Shown in pieces: positions 25,110-38,481 of a stretch of 64,000 bases of DNA. Below the pieces are notes generated by a model that did not search any database, was not told the DNA's origin, and saw only the letters and a list, made by a program, of their open reading frames with translations. Each line of letters begins with the position of its first letter. Position 1 is the first letter of the stretch. A program made the position numbers and the translations under genes. The DNA is taken from NCBI RefSeq assembly GCF_006345805.1, contig NC_043000.1, positions 19,778,001-19,842,000 on the forward strand. Direction: 5' to 3'. The stretch comes from Octopus sinensis. Its lineage: Eukaryota.

Positions 25110-26315
25110 ATGCCAGTGCTGCCTCGACTGGCTTCTGTGCCGGTGGCACATAAAAAGCACCATCCGAACGTGGCCGATGCCAGCGCCGCCTTGGCTGGCT
25201 TCCGTGCCGGTGGCACGTTAAAAGCACCAACCAATCGTGGCCGATGCAAGACCCTCCTGGCACCTGTGCAGGTGGCACGTAAAAAGCACCCACTACACTC
25301 GCGGAGTGGTTGGCGTTAGGAAGGGGATCCAGCTGTAGAAACACTGCCAGATCAGACTGGAGCCTGGTGCAGCCCTGGCTTCCCAGACCCCGGTCGAACC
25401 ATCCAACCCGTGCTAGCGTGGAAAACGGACGTTAAACAATGATGATGATATATATATATATCAATAATAAAAGAGGTGCATTGGAAGGCATGACACATTA
25501 CCAAAAGGTATGGGCATAGTAGATCAATTCCTCATTCCACTCCCATAACTGATATTGTAAGACAACCTCCATAATGTTAGGTCAGGTGGTGTGTGGAGTC
25601 ACGACACCATATATGAAAAAAGAACACAGAAAGTGTAATCAGCATTTATGCTTTATAAACTGTACACATGTGTATATATATATCATCATCATCATCATCA
25701 TCATCGTCATCGTTGTCGTCGTCACTTAATGTCCGCTTTCCATGCTCGCATGGGTTGGATGATTTGACTGAGGACTGGTGAACCATATGGCTGCACCAGG
25801 CTCCAATCTTGATTTGGCAGAGTTTCTACAGCTGGATTCCCTTCCTAACTCCAACCACTCCGAGAGTGTAGAGGGCCAGTCAGGTGGTACTGGCAACGGT
25901 CATGGAAAATCGTGTTTTATATATATATATTCAAATTCAAATTGGCTGACAACTAGCTTCATGTTTGAAACTCAAGAGTACCAATAAATTTGAATCAAAC
26001 TGTTTTGATCCATACATGTAACTCCCAATAAAGTGGTTGAGTGCCCTTCTTTCAGTTGTCCACTCACTCGTGTATATAGTATATATGTGGCATGTAAAAA
26101 GCACCAACCGATCGTGGCTACTGTCAGCCTCCCTTGGCACCTGTGCCAGTGACACGTAAAAAGCACCCACTACACTCATGGAGTGGTTGGCGTTAGGAAG
26201 GGCATCCAGCTGTAGAAACACTGCCAGATCAGACTGGAGCCTGGTGCAGCCCCCTGGCTTCCCAGACCCCGGTCAAACCGTCCAAGCATGGAAAACGAAT
26301 GTTAAACAATGATGA
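25110..26315. mobile_element. Three RTE 3' UTR fragments in alternating orientation (+25110-25448, -25683-25915, +26080-26315)
   Basis: Shared GGTTGGCGTTAGGAAGGG.ATCCAGCTGTAGAAAC core and GAT tails. Confidence 0.88.
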
Positions 26316-26321
26316 TATATA

Positions 26322-26362
<41 letters not shown>

Positions 26363-26444
26363 AGGAGAGAGAAATAGATAGACAGACAGACAGATTGATA
26401 GGAAGATGCATAGATGTGTATGCATAGATGTAGCTGGGTAACTT

Positions 26445-27211
26445 AATAATAATAATAATAAACATTGTGTACAGTGCTCAGGTGCACTACAACTCATCTA
26501 AAGTGCATATATAATCAGGTGTAGTTTCGACAGATTTCGGAAAGCATGAGGGCCTTAAAGGATGCAGTGTCATGGCAGTCAACAACTGACACAGGCAGTT
26601 TATTCCATGCTTCAGCAACTCTGAGCGTGAAGAAATGTTTCCGAAAGTCATGGGAGCTGTGTTGTTTTCTGACTTTGTAGGCATGTCCACGTGTGTTAGA
26701 CACATGGAGATCAAAAAGGTGTTCAGTGTTGTTATTGGTGAGGTGGTTGACAACTTTGTGGGCGTTTACCAAGTCCGTCGCCAGACGCCGGAGCTTCAAT
26801 GAATCCATGCCCAGGGAAACAAGGCACTCAGAATATGGTAGGTGTCTGATGGAGGGTATGCGTTTGGTTGCACGTCTCTGAACCGATTCCAGGAGGTCAA
26901 TGTTCTGAGCAAGATAGGGGTTCCAAACGGATGATGCAAATTCCAAGTGTGGTCGTACCATAGCTGTATACAGTTTTAAATAGATGGCTGGAGAGCGGCT
27001 AACAAAAGTCTTGCTGAGTGATGCCAAGACACCCTCGGCCTTCTTGACAATTTTAGAGATATGCTTTGTCCAGCGCAAATCACTGCTGACAGTGATGCCT
27101 AGGTCACGCTCGCATAAGGATTTCTTGATATCAGTGTTGTGGAGGGAGTATGTGGACGCAGGGTTTTTTCTCCCAAAATGCATGGTGGTACACTTGTCCA
27201 CAGCCAGTTCA
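26445..27211 (-). mobile_element. 5'-truncated CR1-type LINE (RT C-terminal region, 3' UTR, (ATT)n tail)
   Basis: Open frame 26515-27231: VDKCTTMH..ERDLGITV..MVRPHLEFASSVWNPY..LESVQRRATK..NTRGHAYK..FFTLRVAEAWNKLP; short 3' UTR with a TGCACT/AGTGCA hairpin. Confidence 0.93.
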
Positions 27212-27225
27212 CTCCTAAAGGTGTT

Positions 27226-27600
27226 AGACACAATATGCAGTGTAAAGAGAGATACAGGTCACATTGCTGTAGGTGGTTGAGACATAAATATGTACCACAA
27301 TCTGAGGTACAGTTCATGTCTGTAAATAACTGACACTCTAAATGTATACCACAGAAAGGACCACAGTTCATTACAGTTGGTTGTAGCAACAATAAATATG
27401 TACCACAGAGAGAGAGGTACATTTTGCTACTGTAGGTGGTAGACAATAAATAAGTACATTTCATTTCTGTAGGTGGTTGACACAAAGAGTGATGCAGTTC
27501 ACTGCAGTAAGTGGTTAATACTATTAATGAGTACCACAGACAGCAATACAGCTCATGACTGTATTTAACATAAACAAGTGACTGAGACTCTGCATAATTG
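27226..27600. repeat. Degenerate minisatellite (~55-60-bp unit)
   Basis: Recurrent CTGTAGGTGGT.GAC, ATAAATATGTACCACA and GTACAGTTCA motifs. Confidence 0.65.
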
Positions 27601-27697
27601 ACAAGCATCTTTGTAATATGTAGTGATAAGACTGAAAAAACTTCAAGTAGGATAAAGCTGACGTTGAAAAGAAGAAATATTACAATATAGACTGAAC

Positions 27698-27915
27698 TTA
27701 GGGTGGCAAGCTGGCAGGAGCATTAGCACACCAGACAAAATGCTTAGCAACATTTCATCTGTCTTTATGTTCTGAGTTCAAACTCCACCACGGTCAGCTT
27801 TGCTTTTCATCCTTTCAGGGTTGATAAAATAAGTACCATTCAAGCACTGGGGTCGATGTAACCAACTTGCCCCGTCTCCCAAAATTACTAGCCTTGTACC
27901 AAAATTTGAAACCAA
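27698..27915 (+). mobile_element. SINE family B variant
   Basis: GCAAGCTGGCAG..TTCTGAGTTCAAA..TTTCATCCTTTCAGGGTTGATAAAATAAGTACC. Confidence 0.8.
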
Positions 27916-29789
27916 TATAGACTGAATTTTCAAGCTCTAGAATGCTGTCTTATCTTGCTTCTATGTGGACCCTCAACTGCTTATGAAATTGTAAGGGTAC
28001 TATCAAAACATATAGTATGTCATAGACATCTAAACCTAGCAAGACCCATCTCTTTCCATGTCCATCCACAGCTGTTTTCTTCCAGAAAGAGAAAGAAAAA
28101 TCAATCTACAGCACTACAATGTATGACAGACTGATCCATTACTATTTGCCAAATGTCTTAACCAGTTTCACATCCAGCACTGATACTCTGAGGGTGACAG
28201 CAATGCATATGTGATATATCTTGTGTCATCTAAACTGATAAACAACACCGAGGCTATCAACTTTTCTAACCTCATTTGCCTCAAACAACAAAAAAACTCT
28301 AACCTCTGAGCCTAGACAGAGGCACTGTCTCCTCCTCTAAATCTTCAAAAGCTACTACATCAGCTTGTATATCACAGAACTAGCTAACTGCAATGCATTC
28401 TTCCTCAGTATGGTACCCATTATTTGTTTACTAACACAAGACCCCCATATTAATCAATATACTCAATACTTCAGCTATGGAACATCAACCCTCCAAAATT
28501 CACTTTTTTTCCTACAGTTATTAGCTTACAGCTATTCAAGTTAGATATCAACTGTATCAATTCCACCAGTGCTGGATGACCTGCAAAAGTCATAGACACA
28601 ACCACTTCCTCTCAAGTTAACATAAAAAAAAGAAAAGAAACCGAATGAGTCAATGACAGAGCTTTTATGTAGCCACGCAGTTTGCTAGAAATAGCAGCTA
28701 AATCTTCCTCAGATTATGCCAGGCATGGATAAACGTTTTCAAGAAGTAGACCACATGAGGCACAGCTCATTATAAGGTGGGCTGCACTACTTAAAATATT
28801 CAAGGTAATTTTTTTATTAGTGTGCCATTCAAAAAGTCCTGCAGGCCACAGTATGCCCATACCTAGATTGCACACAACTCTCTTAAAATAAGATATATTA
28901 GATAACATGGTCTGCAACATATAGTGTACTAAATCTAGAAAAAAAAAAGATGTTAAGTGGAATGCTTTTGATCATATGTCTGCTCAGTCAGGGCTGACCT
29001 AGGTAAAACTACTACAGTAACAAAACAAGCCTCTTCTTTCTAGCACAGCTGGTGAAAAATAGCTACCAAATCTCCTTCAAATAAAACCTTACTGTTTTAA
29101 AAAAGAGATAACAGGCTGAATAATGCGATCCTGGACTGAATATACCTACAAGAAAAATACAAAATTGCTCTACTTTAGATTCTTTTAATCAGACAACCAA
29201 GGAATCCTCAATATGGTTGCTGAACCTGCTAGAAATAAGAGCCAAATCTTCTTCAGATCCATACTTTATCAACTTTCAAAAGAAAGGGGACAATGGGTAA
29301 CACCCTAGATATATTATGTCTACAAGAAATGAGAAAAAAAAGTGACAGGACATCCAAATCACTGGTTTCATACAGCAAAGAGTGGCAGGTGTGTCTGGGT
29401 CTGTCATTCTGTTCGGTCTCAAATTAGTGTATGTATGTATGTATGTATTATACACTCGTGTGTTTGTAGGTATGCATCTGTGTTTGTATGTCTGTGTGCG
29501 TGTAATATCTAATATCACTTTACAGTGAAAAAGCTTACAAGTTAATTCATTCATAACTGACATGGTAATTTCATGAGTTAACAACAACTAAGATATGTCT
29601 GTAACTCTGACTGGATCACTGAATCAACACAAAAGATATCCCATTACCACAGTGTGTGTGTGTGTGTGTGTGTTTAGATCGTCTAGTGAACCTTCTCCTT
29701 TTCCAGTGGGAAGCTTCAGCTGCAAGAAATAAATGCAAATAGCTCCAAGAGGAATGAAGTTGAACCCACATCACAGATTCAGCTTGCTG

Positions 29790-30430
29790 TGTGCTTACGC
29801 AACCACTACTACCACATGAACATCAATATATCAACACCACCACAACTGCTACACAACTGCAACTACAAACACTACTACAATATACTGCTGCCCATACAAC
29901 ACAGTTATCGCATTGCCCCATACTTCATACTTATTTCTTTACTACCCACAAGGGGCTAAACAGAGGTGACAAAGACAGACAAACGGATTAAGTCGATCAT
30001 ATCGATCTCAGTGCGTAACTGGTACTTATTTAATCGACCCCAAAAGGATGAAAGGCAAAGTCAACCTCGGCGGAATTTGAACTCAGAACGTAGCGGCAGA
30101 CGAAATACTGCTAGGCAATTCACCCGGCGTGCTAAAGATTCTGCCAGCTCGCCGCCTTCCCATACTTCATTCTACTACACAACTACCAAAACCATCAATA
30201 CACATCTACTACTACTACTACTACAATGACAACAACCAATACAAACCTACTACCACACAGCCACCAATATAACACCACTACTACTACTACCACCCAACAA
30301 CTAATACACCACCACCATCACACAACTACCAATATACTATATCACTACTGCCACCGGCATCATCACCACCACACAGCAACCAATACATTATACCAATGCT
30401 GCCCCTACCAAAACTACACAACTGCAGACA
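29790..30430. repeat. (ACC/ACT/ACA)-rich low-complexity region split by SINE B
   Basis: Direct reading. Confidence 0.75.
29929..30158 (-). mobile_element. SINE family B with TSD
   Basis: Central GCCTTTCATCCTTT.GGGGTCGAT.AA.TAAGTACCAG domain; 12-bp TSD CCCATACTTCAT at 29917-29928 and 30159-30170. Confidence 0.9.
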
Positions 30431-30682
30431 CTCAGGTAGATTGGTTCCTCAACTGAAGAATTACTTCCGGATGCCAGGCATGTGGTTTTACCTACCTCTG
30501 GATCACTCAAGCGAAACACCAATGTGCTTCATAATATACTCACATACTCAAACATATACACATGTGTGTGTATATGAATATATGTGTACAGGTTTGTGTG
30601 TGTTATTATGTGCATGTATTTGCGTGTTCATATCTATGTATGTGTATACTTATATAGATGATGGGTATAAAGTAAGCATACA

Positions 30683-30763
<81 letters not shown>

Positions 30764-30881
30764 GTGTGTGTGTGTGTGTGTGTAGTTCGAATTTACAAAA
30801 AACAAAAGATGAAGACAGGTGAGTGAACAACAAGCAAGTCTGCATGTCTATTAGTTTGACACTCGGGAAGAATGGAAAAGT

Positions 30882-30917
30882 CTTTGATGTTTCAAGCCTA
30901 TGCTCTTTGACAGAAAG
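30882..30917 (-). ncRNA. CpG-decayed minimal hammerhead remnant in a Penelope-like terminus (about 30785-30935)
   Basis: CTTT-CTGTCAA-A-GAGC ATAG GCTT-GAAA-CA-TC-AAAG; most deviations from consensus are CG>CA/TG. Confidence 0.4.
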
Positions 30918-31555
30918 GATTGAGAGGGAAAAAATATACATACATACATGCATACATGCATACATACATACATCATCATTGTTCGACCGTGGTCGAGACA
31001 ATGGAATTTACTATGCTACACCAGACTTCATGGTCCATCATAGCATTACAGAGGTCCTGTTGTTGGATGCCTGTATCCCTGGAGATTACATCAGGAGGGG
31101 AGGAGAGTGTGCGCCCTCTGGTATCGCGAGTAGATGGCTTCCAGAGAAGAAGAGTAGAAATTGCCTCGTTTTCAGCTCTACAACAATGTCCAGCAAACTG
31201 GACTCTACATACACACACACACCTTATGTATGTGTGTCTGATTATATGCATTTGTGGGTTGATCTATATGACAACATCAACATCATCATTTTTATGTTTG
31301 CTTTCCATACTGATATTGGTTGACTGTTTTAACAAGAATCTAATAGATCAGAGGACCAGAACTTGCTCCAGTTTCTGTTTCAGCATGGTATCTATGACTG
31401 GATTCCCTTCCTAAAGCCAGGCATGTTACACAGTATATTAGGTATTTTTCTGTGGCACCAGCACTAATGATGTCACTATCTAACTTACAAGACTAAAGGA
31501 TCCCTTAACAGAGAGGGAGAGAAGGAGATAAGATGGTCACTTTATGTGAGGTGCT

Positions 31556-32053
31556 TTAATCCTTTCATCACCAACCCGGCTGAAACTGGCTCTGGCTCTG
31601 TAGTACAAATGCCCTTGTTTTCATAAATTCTGAATTAAAATCTTCCATCAAACCTTAATCACAATTTATGTTCCTAACACCAGCTTGATGATAACTAAGT
31701 TATTTTATTAAATTCTTTGTTATATTTAAAGTACTGGATGAGTATTTTTCGTCACGATTTATTTTTTGAAGCCTAGTACTTATTTTATCAGTCTTTTTTG
31801 CCAAACCACAAAGTTACAGGGATGTAAACACACCAACACAAGTTAAGTGGGGGCAGGGGACAAACACACATATGACAGGATTCTTTCAGTTTCTGTCGAC
31901 CAAATCCACTCACAAGGCTTTGGTCAGCCCGAGGCTATAGTAAAAGACACTTGCCAAAGGTGCCATGCAGTGAACCCAGGACCACGTGGTTGAGAAATGA
32001 GCTTAAACACAAAAATCTGGGCATTCATACAAGAATGGTAACGAAGGGGTTAA
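31556..32053. mobile_element. TTAA-flanked MITE containing a mariner/SINE block
   Basis: TTAATCCTTTCATCACC ... GGTAACGAAGGGGTTAA ends; the interior 31730-32033 duplicates 34198-34771. Confidence 0.6.
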
Positions 32054-32271
32054 TCATGATTCTTGCTACTTGACTTAAAGTACTGTTTTGAAATTCTCAC
32101 CTGCACCTAACTATAATGCATACATGAACGAAAGAGGCAGTGGAATCCCAAATGTGATTGATAACGTCATTTAAGCCACATTTCTGTAGAAGACATCATG
32201 CATGTAATCAACAGCTGCCCCAAAAATATTATAAAGTATACTTCCCAATGTGACAATCTTAGAAAGAGGTA

Positions 32272-32581
32272 AAGACCCCCTTCAGTCATGAATGACCACG
32301 GGATTGCACAAAGAAAGTTACTCTCTGAGGCACAATTCATGCAAGGTTGTTTATGGAAGACCAGCAGCCTTCCCTCTTCATGCCACCAATGTTATCCAAG
32401 GGAGAGGTGAAGGCCAGTACAGCTTGGCTTCAGTGACATTGCAACACATTTCTACAGCTGAGTGAACTGGAACAATATGAAATGAAGTGTCTTGCTCAAG
32501 AACACAACACACAGCCTGGTCTGAGAATTGAACTCACTACCTCATGATTGTGAGCCCAACACTCTAACTACTGAGCCATAG
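32272..32581 (-). mobile_element. SINE family E
   Basis: Aligns by eye with 24604-24940. Confidence 0.8.
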
Positions 32582-32704
32582 CAATATGTTGTAACTAAAA
32601 CAATATACAATGCCACCCAAAAAAATAATAACTGCCCTGGGATATATTAGATATATTAGTGGAACATTCCCATAAAAACTTCTACCAAAGCTGGACATAG
32701 GCTT

Positions 32705-32871
32705 CAGAGTGGCAGTGTGGAAGTAGCTTGCTTACCAACCACATGGTTCCGGGTTCTGTCCCACTGTGTGGCACCTTGGGTAAATGTCTTCTACTATAGC
32801 CTCAGGCTGACCAAAGCCTTGTGAGTGGATTTGGTAGACGGAAACTGAAAGAAGCCCGCCATATATATGTA

Positions 32872-32917
<46 letters not shown>

Positions 32918-33144
32918 ATGTATATGTTTGTGTGTCTGTATTTATCCCCCCAACATCGCTTGACAACCAATGGTGGTGTGTTTACGTCCTCGCAACTTCG
33001 CGTTTGGGCAAAAGAGACTGATAGAATAAGTACTAGGCTTACAAAGAATAAGTCCTGGGGTTGATTTGCTCAACTAAAGGTGGTGCTCCAGCATGGCCAC
33101 AGTCAAATGACTGAAACAAGTAAAAGAGTAAAATAGTAAAGAGT
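32705..33144 (+). mobile_element. SINE family A
   Basis: Full-length copy. Confidence 0.85.
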
Positions 33145-33287
33145 ATAATTGTCTGAGACAGACACGTCAAAGTATGTACTGTCATAGAGGTTCAGTGGGA
33201 CTGAACCTGAAACCTCATGGCTAGGAAGAAAACTTCTTAACTATAAACCCTGACTGCACCTATATCTATGCTTATAGCCATGCCTGC

Positions 33288-33318
<31 letters not shown>

Positions 33319-33325
33319 TGTATGT

Positions 33326-33365
<40 letters not shown>

Positions 33366-33527
33366 ATGTATGCATGCATGCATGTATGTATGTATGTATG
33401 TATGTATGTATGTATAATGTATGTATGTATGTCTGTCTGTATGTATGTATGTATGTATGCATGCATGTATGTATGTATATATATAATATATATATATATA
33501 TATTATATATATATATATATAATATAT

Positions 33528-33597
<70 letters not shown>

Positions 33598-33603
33598 TAT
33601 ATA

Positions 33604-34215
33604 TTAGATCATCCCATAAATAATGTGGTTTTTGCAAATAGGTTCCTCACAAACTTTCCAAGTCTAATTATGTGCAGAGAGTGAATGTGTATTCTTCTTT
33701 GCTGTCACATCTCATGAATGAACCTTTTTGGGACTGAATAGTGACTGTTGATGAGAAATGGGTTCTTTACAAAAATGTCAAGCGCTGAAGACAGTGGAAA
33801 GGAGAAATACTGGCACCCCAGGCTAAAACTGGTCTTCACCCACGTAAGGTGTTGTTATCTGTTTGGTGGGATATGAAAGGTTTAGTTCACTCTGAACTTT
33901 TAAACCCAAACCAAACAATAACAAAGGTGATCTAATGCGAGCAGCTTGAGTGGCTTAAATCAGATCTAGAAGAAAAACGGTCATCAGTAGTTTCAAGATG
34001 AAGGGTATTCTTCCATCAGGATAACACTCGGCCATATACAGTGAGGATGACATTCTAAAGGCTGGAGCAGATGAATGAGAAATGATGCCCCACCCACCAT
34101 ATTTGCCAGACATTGCCCCATCTGATTATCATTTATTCTGCAGTCTTCAAAGTCATTTGAACAGAAAAAATATTAATTTTGTAGACAAGGTCAGAACAGT
34201 ACTGGAAGTGTATTT
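33604..34215 (+). mobile_element. Mariner (DD34D) deletion derivative, transposase pseudogene
   Basis: TA + TIR-like TTAGATCATCCCATAAATAATGTGGTTTT; IVTVDEKWVLY..LHPRKVLLSVWWD..HQDNTRPYT..HPPYLPDIAPSDYHLF with stops. Confidence 0.9.
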
Positions 34216-34385
34216 TTTTGTCACGGACTTATTTTTTGAAGCCTAGTACTTATTCTATCAGTCTTTTTTGCCAAACTGCAAAGTTATGGAGATGTAAACA
34301 CACCAACACAAGTTGTTAAGTGGTGGTGGTGGTGGGGGACAAACACACATGCACACACACACACGACAAGATTCTTTCAGTTTCT

Positions 34386-34618
34386 TATTTCTTTATTACC
34401 CACATGGGGCTAAACATAGTGGGGACAAACAAGGACAGAAAAAGGGATTAAGTCGATTACATTGATACCAGTGTGTAACTGGTACTTAATTTATCGACCC
34501 CGAAAGGATGAAAGGCAAAGTCGACCTTGGCAGAATTTGAACTCAGAACGTAACAGCAAACAAAATACTACTAAGCATTTCGCCCGGTGTGCTAACGTTT
34601 CTGCCAGCTCGCCACATT
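34386..34618 (-). mobile_element. SINE family B nested in SINE A
   Basis: 14-bp TSD TTCTTTCAGTTTCT at 34372-34385 and 34619-34632. Confidence 0.9.
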
Positions 34619-34771
34619 TTCTTTCAGTTTCTGTCTATCAAATCCACTCACTAGGCTTTGGTCAGCCCAAGGCTATAGTAAAAGACACTTGCATAAGGTG
34701 CCATGCAGTGAACCCAGGACCATGTGGTTGAGAAATGAGCTTAAACACAAAAATCTAGGCATTCATACAAG

Positions 34772-34972
34772 GACATCACAGACTTTGTTTCAATTAATTT
34801 TGAAAATAATGAAGAATTTGATAAATTCCCTTTATCATTATTAAGCTGGTGTTTGGCCCATAAATTAACACGAAATTTTGATAGGAAACTTTGAGATCAC
34901 TTTAAAAAAGGAGGTTTGTATCATAAAAGCTGGGGTGGTCCCAAGCAGGTTGGTACCAAAAGGATTAGTGAT
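34772..34972 (-). mobile_element. Related TTAA-MITE arm, inverted
   Basis: Reverse complement resembles 31556-31729; ends GGTTGGTACCAAAAGGATTA. Confidence 0.5.
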
Positions 34973-37090
34973 ATTTTGGTAATCCTACAGTAAGATTTTA
35001 TAATAATATTCTTGCTTTCTCATGGATTATTGCAAATGTAATCTGTCATCTTTGGGGTCATGTATTCTAAATGTAGTCATTATTTTCCTTATTTTCCAAG
35101 CAAGTTGAGAATATCATTTACTGGAATAGCTAGAATATTGATGTCATTCACCTTAACTTTTGGCATTTAGCTCTGTTTAAAGAATTGTTTTCCATTTATT
35201 TCTGGCACATCTGATAAGTTTGATCGAGTTATAAATTCGACCAGTTGCAAGTTTGTCCAGTTAATCAGCTGTAAGTTCAATCAGTTATATTCTATTAGTG
35301 ATAAAATTGATTACTTACAAGGTCAGTCAGTTATCACTGCAAGTTCAACCAGTTAGAAGACTGATAAGCGCTAAGATTAATCAGTTGTAAATCTGACCAG
35401 CGTGCTTTTGTGCGTGTGTGTGTGTGTGCGTGCATGTGTGTGTGCATGCATGCACACATGCACATGCTCTCTTTCCACCCTTCCTGTACTGTCACTTACC
35501 CCCTCTTCCTTCCTGAGCTGCTCCTATTTCTTTTACATTCTCCTCCAAACTGATGTTTACCAACAACCACTTCTCCACCCTCGTTCATCATTCACTACAT
35601 ATACCTCTACCCTCATCTCTAACCATCTGTTGCTCTCCTCTCACGCTCTTACAAACTCACCCATCTAAGCTTCCCAATCATCTATCTGTGTCCTCTCTTA
35701 CACTCACCTTCTTATATTTTAAGTGTACCCTCAGGCATCTTATCACCATCATCTTTATCTTCTTTCCAACTACTCCCAGCCATCTTTATATAATGCAAAG
35801 TGGCCATGTATCTCTTGTATAGTAAGACACTTGTGTCTATCCTTCTATCATACTTTAGCCTTTCAACGCCCAGCACAAAGTCACTGCCCCTTCTACTAAA
35901 ACCCAACTCAGTTGAAGAGGCATTTTCTGTCTTATGAACATAGAAAATGCCTCTTCTTGGTAACCTCAATAGTGTTGGTGCTACAAAATCTACCCTGTAT
36001 ACAAGTGATTGGTGTTAGGAAGGGCATCTAAGTAGGCATTGGATCCCAAAACAGCCCTCTGGTTTGTTGGACACTATCAAACCATCTAATCCATGCTGAC
36101 ATGGATGACGGATATTAAATGAAGATGGTGATGATGATGATGATGATATATTGGTACTAAGTTGGAGCATGAATATATGTATGTGTATGTAACACGCTAC
36201 TCAGATTGACACTGCTACATGCCCCTGGGATGTCTTTAGCAAAGATTCCCTTCCCTGGTTTCAGGTTATTATAGTCTCTTCACATGTTGCTTCTGACTTC
36301 ATCTTCCTTTGCATAGTGCCGTTGTTTGCCATAGTGTATAGGCAGAAGAAATTTCCAAATACACCATCAGATACAACAAAGGGTCAAACATCTTGATAAC
36401 TCGACAGGAGGGTACACTATCAATTGACACGTTATCTTGTTTCTTCCAGTTCTTGACTGGTGCCCAAGGGATCAAGTTGTGGTTGGTCAGTGGCAACTTG
36501 TTACTGTTTAAGCAAGAGTGTTATTGTTGTTGTTCAGCTCCAGGTCAATTTGCATTGTGAAGACCTAGCATCATACATATCATCATCCAGCATAGTGCAC
36601 CAGTCTACCTAAGGCCACAATAATTCAATGTATTCTTCCACCCTTTTAAAAACAATACATATGTTTTGAAAGAATTTTACTGTTATTTCTAGCATGTTAA
36701 GCAACTATGCAGAGGTCTTTCTGCATTGGTCCAAAAAGTATTATTCTCTCATTATCTGATTACCATACTTCCAATTTCATCAGCCATTAGTGGCCAATTC
36801 TTTAACCCTTCATGCACAAATATATTATCCTTGGTAGTTCAAGTATTCCTGATGATTGTCAGTTTCATTTCAGTTCTTTCAGAAGCAGGTACATTTAACA
36901 CTGCAGTCGTTTTCAAAAGACACAGCCTGCCATGGGGAATCATAATTGCAGATTGATTCAAAGAGCAATAGTGCAATCATTATCACTGGCTAATACAAAC
37001 AAAAGTATCCTGATATGAAAATAGAGTCATTTCATTAACAAGTGTAAGGGAGTAATGCCATGTTTACAACTATTATGAATTTTTCTTGAC

Positions 37091-37498
37091 AGGCGCAGGA
37101 GTGGCTGTGTGGTAAGTAGCTTGCTAACCAACCACATGGTTCCAGGTTCAGTCCCACTGCGTGGCATCTTGGGCAAGTTTCTTCTGCTATAGCCCCGGGC
37201 CGACCAATGCCTTGTGAGTGGATTTGGTAGACGGAAACTGAAAGAAGCCTGTCGTATATATGTATATATATATATGTTTGTGTGCCTGTGTTTGTTCCCC
37301 TAGCATTGCTTGACAACCGATGCTGGTGTGTTTACGTCCCCGTCACTTAGCGGTTCGGCAAAAAGAGACCGATAGAATAAGTACTGGGCTTACAAAAAGA
37401 ATAAGTCCCGGGGTCGAGTTGCTCGACTAAAGGCGGTGCTCCAGCATGGCCGCAGTCAAATGACTGAAACAAGTAAAAGAGTAAAAGAGTAAAAGAGA
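37091..37498 (+). mobile_element. tRNA-derived SINE family A, full length and young
   Basis: GGCGCAGGAGTGGCTGTGTGGTAAG..GGTTCAGTCCC head, CORE-like CTTGGGCAAG segment, internal (TA/TG)n, (GTAAAAGA)n tail; near-identical to the 18527-18916 copy. Confidence 0.9.
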
Positions 37499-38481
37499 GA
37501 GGTCATTTGGATAGAAAGCAAAATTTAGAGATGTGACATACTTACAGATGAGAGACTGACTGAGCCCATGGACATTTTGCTCCTTATTAATCAGGGAGAA
37601 AGGGAGTGAAGGATATGACATAGTTAAGATGGAGAGGATTCTGTCCATAAGTTTCTTCATCAAGAGTCATGTTATGTGGAGAGTTCGTGAGGTATGACAG
37701 ATTTGTAAGGAATAATAGGGGTGAAACCCATTTACTGATCCATGCCTACAAAATCATTGGTTATTAAAAAAAAGGGAGATTTGGAGAAAAATATAAGGAA
37801 GAGTCATATCCTTCTCAATCCCAATTAAATTATTAGTTTAGAAGTTTAGAACAAAGAATAGTTCCTTACCATTACATAGTTATGAGAAAACAAGAACTAA
37901 CTGGGATTATTGTTGAGACTGCCTTCTAAGAAATAAAGAAAATGTTTTCACTTTGGATTGAATATTCTCATAACAGTGAGAAAAGTTACAAAATCGTGGA
38001 TTTTATAGTATGAGATTTCAACAACAAAACAACAATAACAACAAAAACAGCAACAATACTAACAATTTCTAACATTGACTCAAAGCCATCAGATTTTTAA
38101 GAAGAGCGTAATAGATAGAAGCGACCCCCCAGTACTTCAGAACTTGCTGGTAGTTGTTAGTTGATTCGGGGGGGGGGGGTCTGAAATGCAAAGTGAACCC
38201 AGTGAAATTTGAACACAAAACATAATGAGATACTATACAATGGCTTTAAATTTTGGTCAGCAATTTTAGGGAAAGGATAAGTTAATTCTATGGACCCCAG
38301 TATTCAACTGGTACTTATTTTATTGACCCTGAAAGGATGAAGTGTAAGGTCAAACTTGGTGGAATTTGAACTCAGAGCATAAAGAGCCAGAAGAACTACT
38401 GCTAAGCATCATGTCCAATGTGCTAACAGTCCTGCCAGCTCACAGCCTAGATATAACTAAATAATGCAATATGAATATTAA

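Noticed and set aside
27226-27600. CRISPR-like repeat/spacer array (also 2385-2480)
   Set aside because: Units are degenerate or spaced by microsatellite, the context is eukaryotic and there are no cas genes.
36700-36970. Coding-like minus-strand stretch (..DNIFVHEGLKNWPLMADEIG..)
   Set aside because: Multiple stops and no identifiable family; possibly an old transposon relic, but unsupported.
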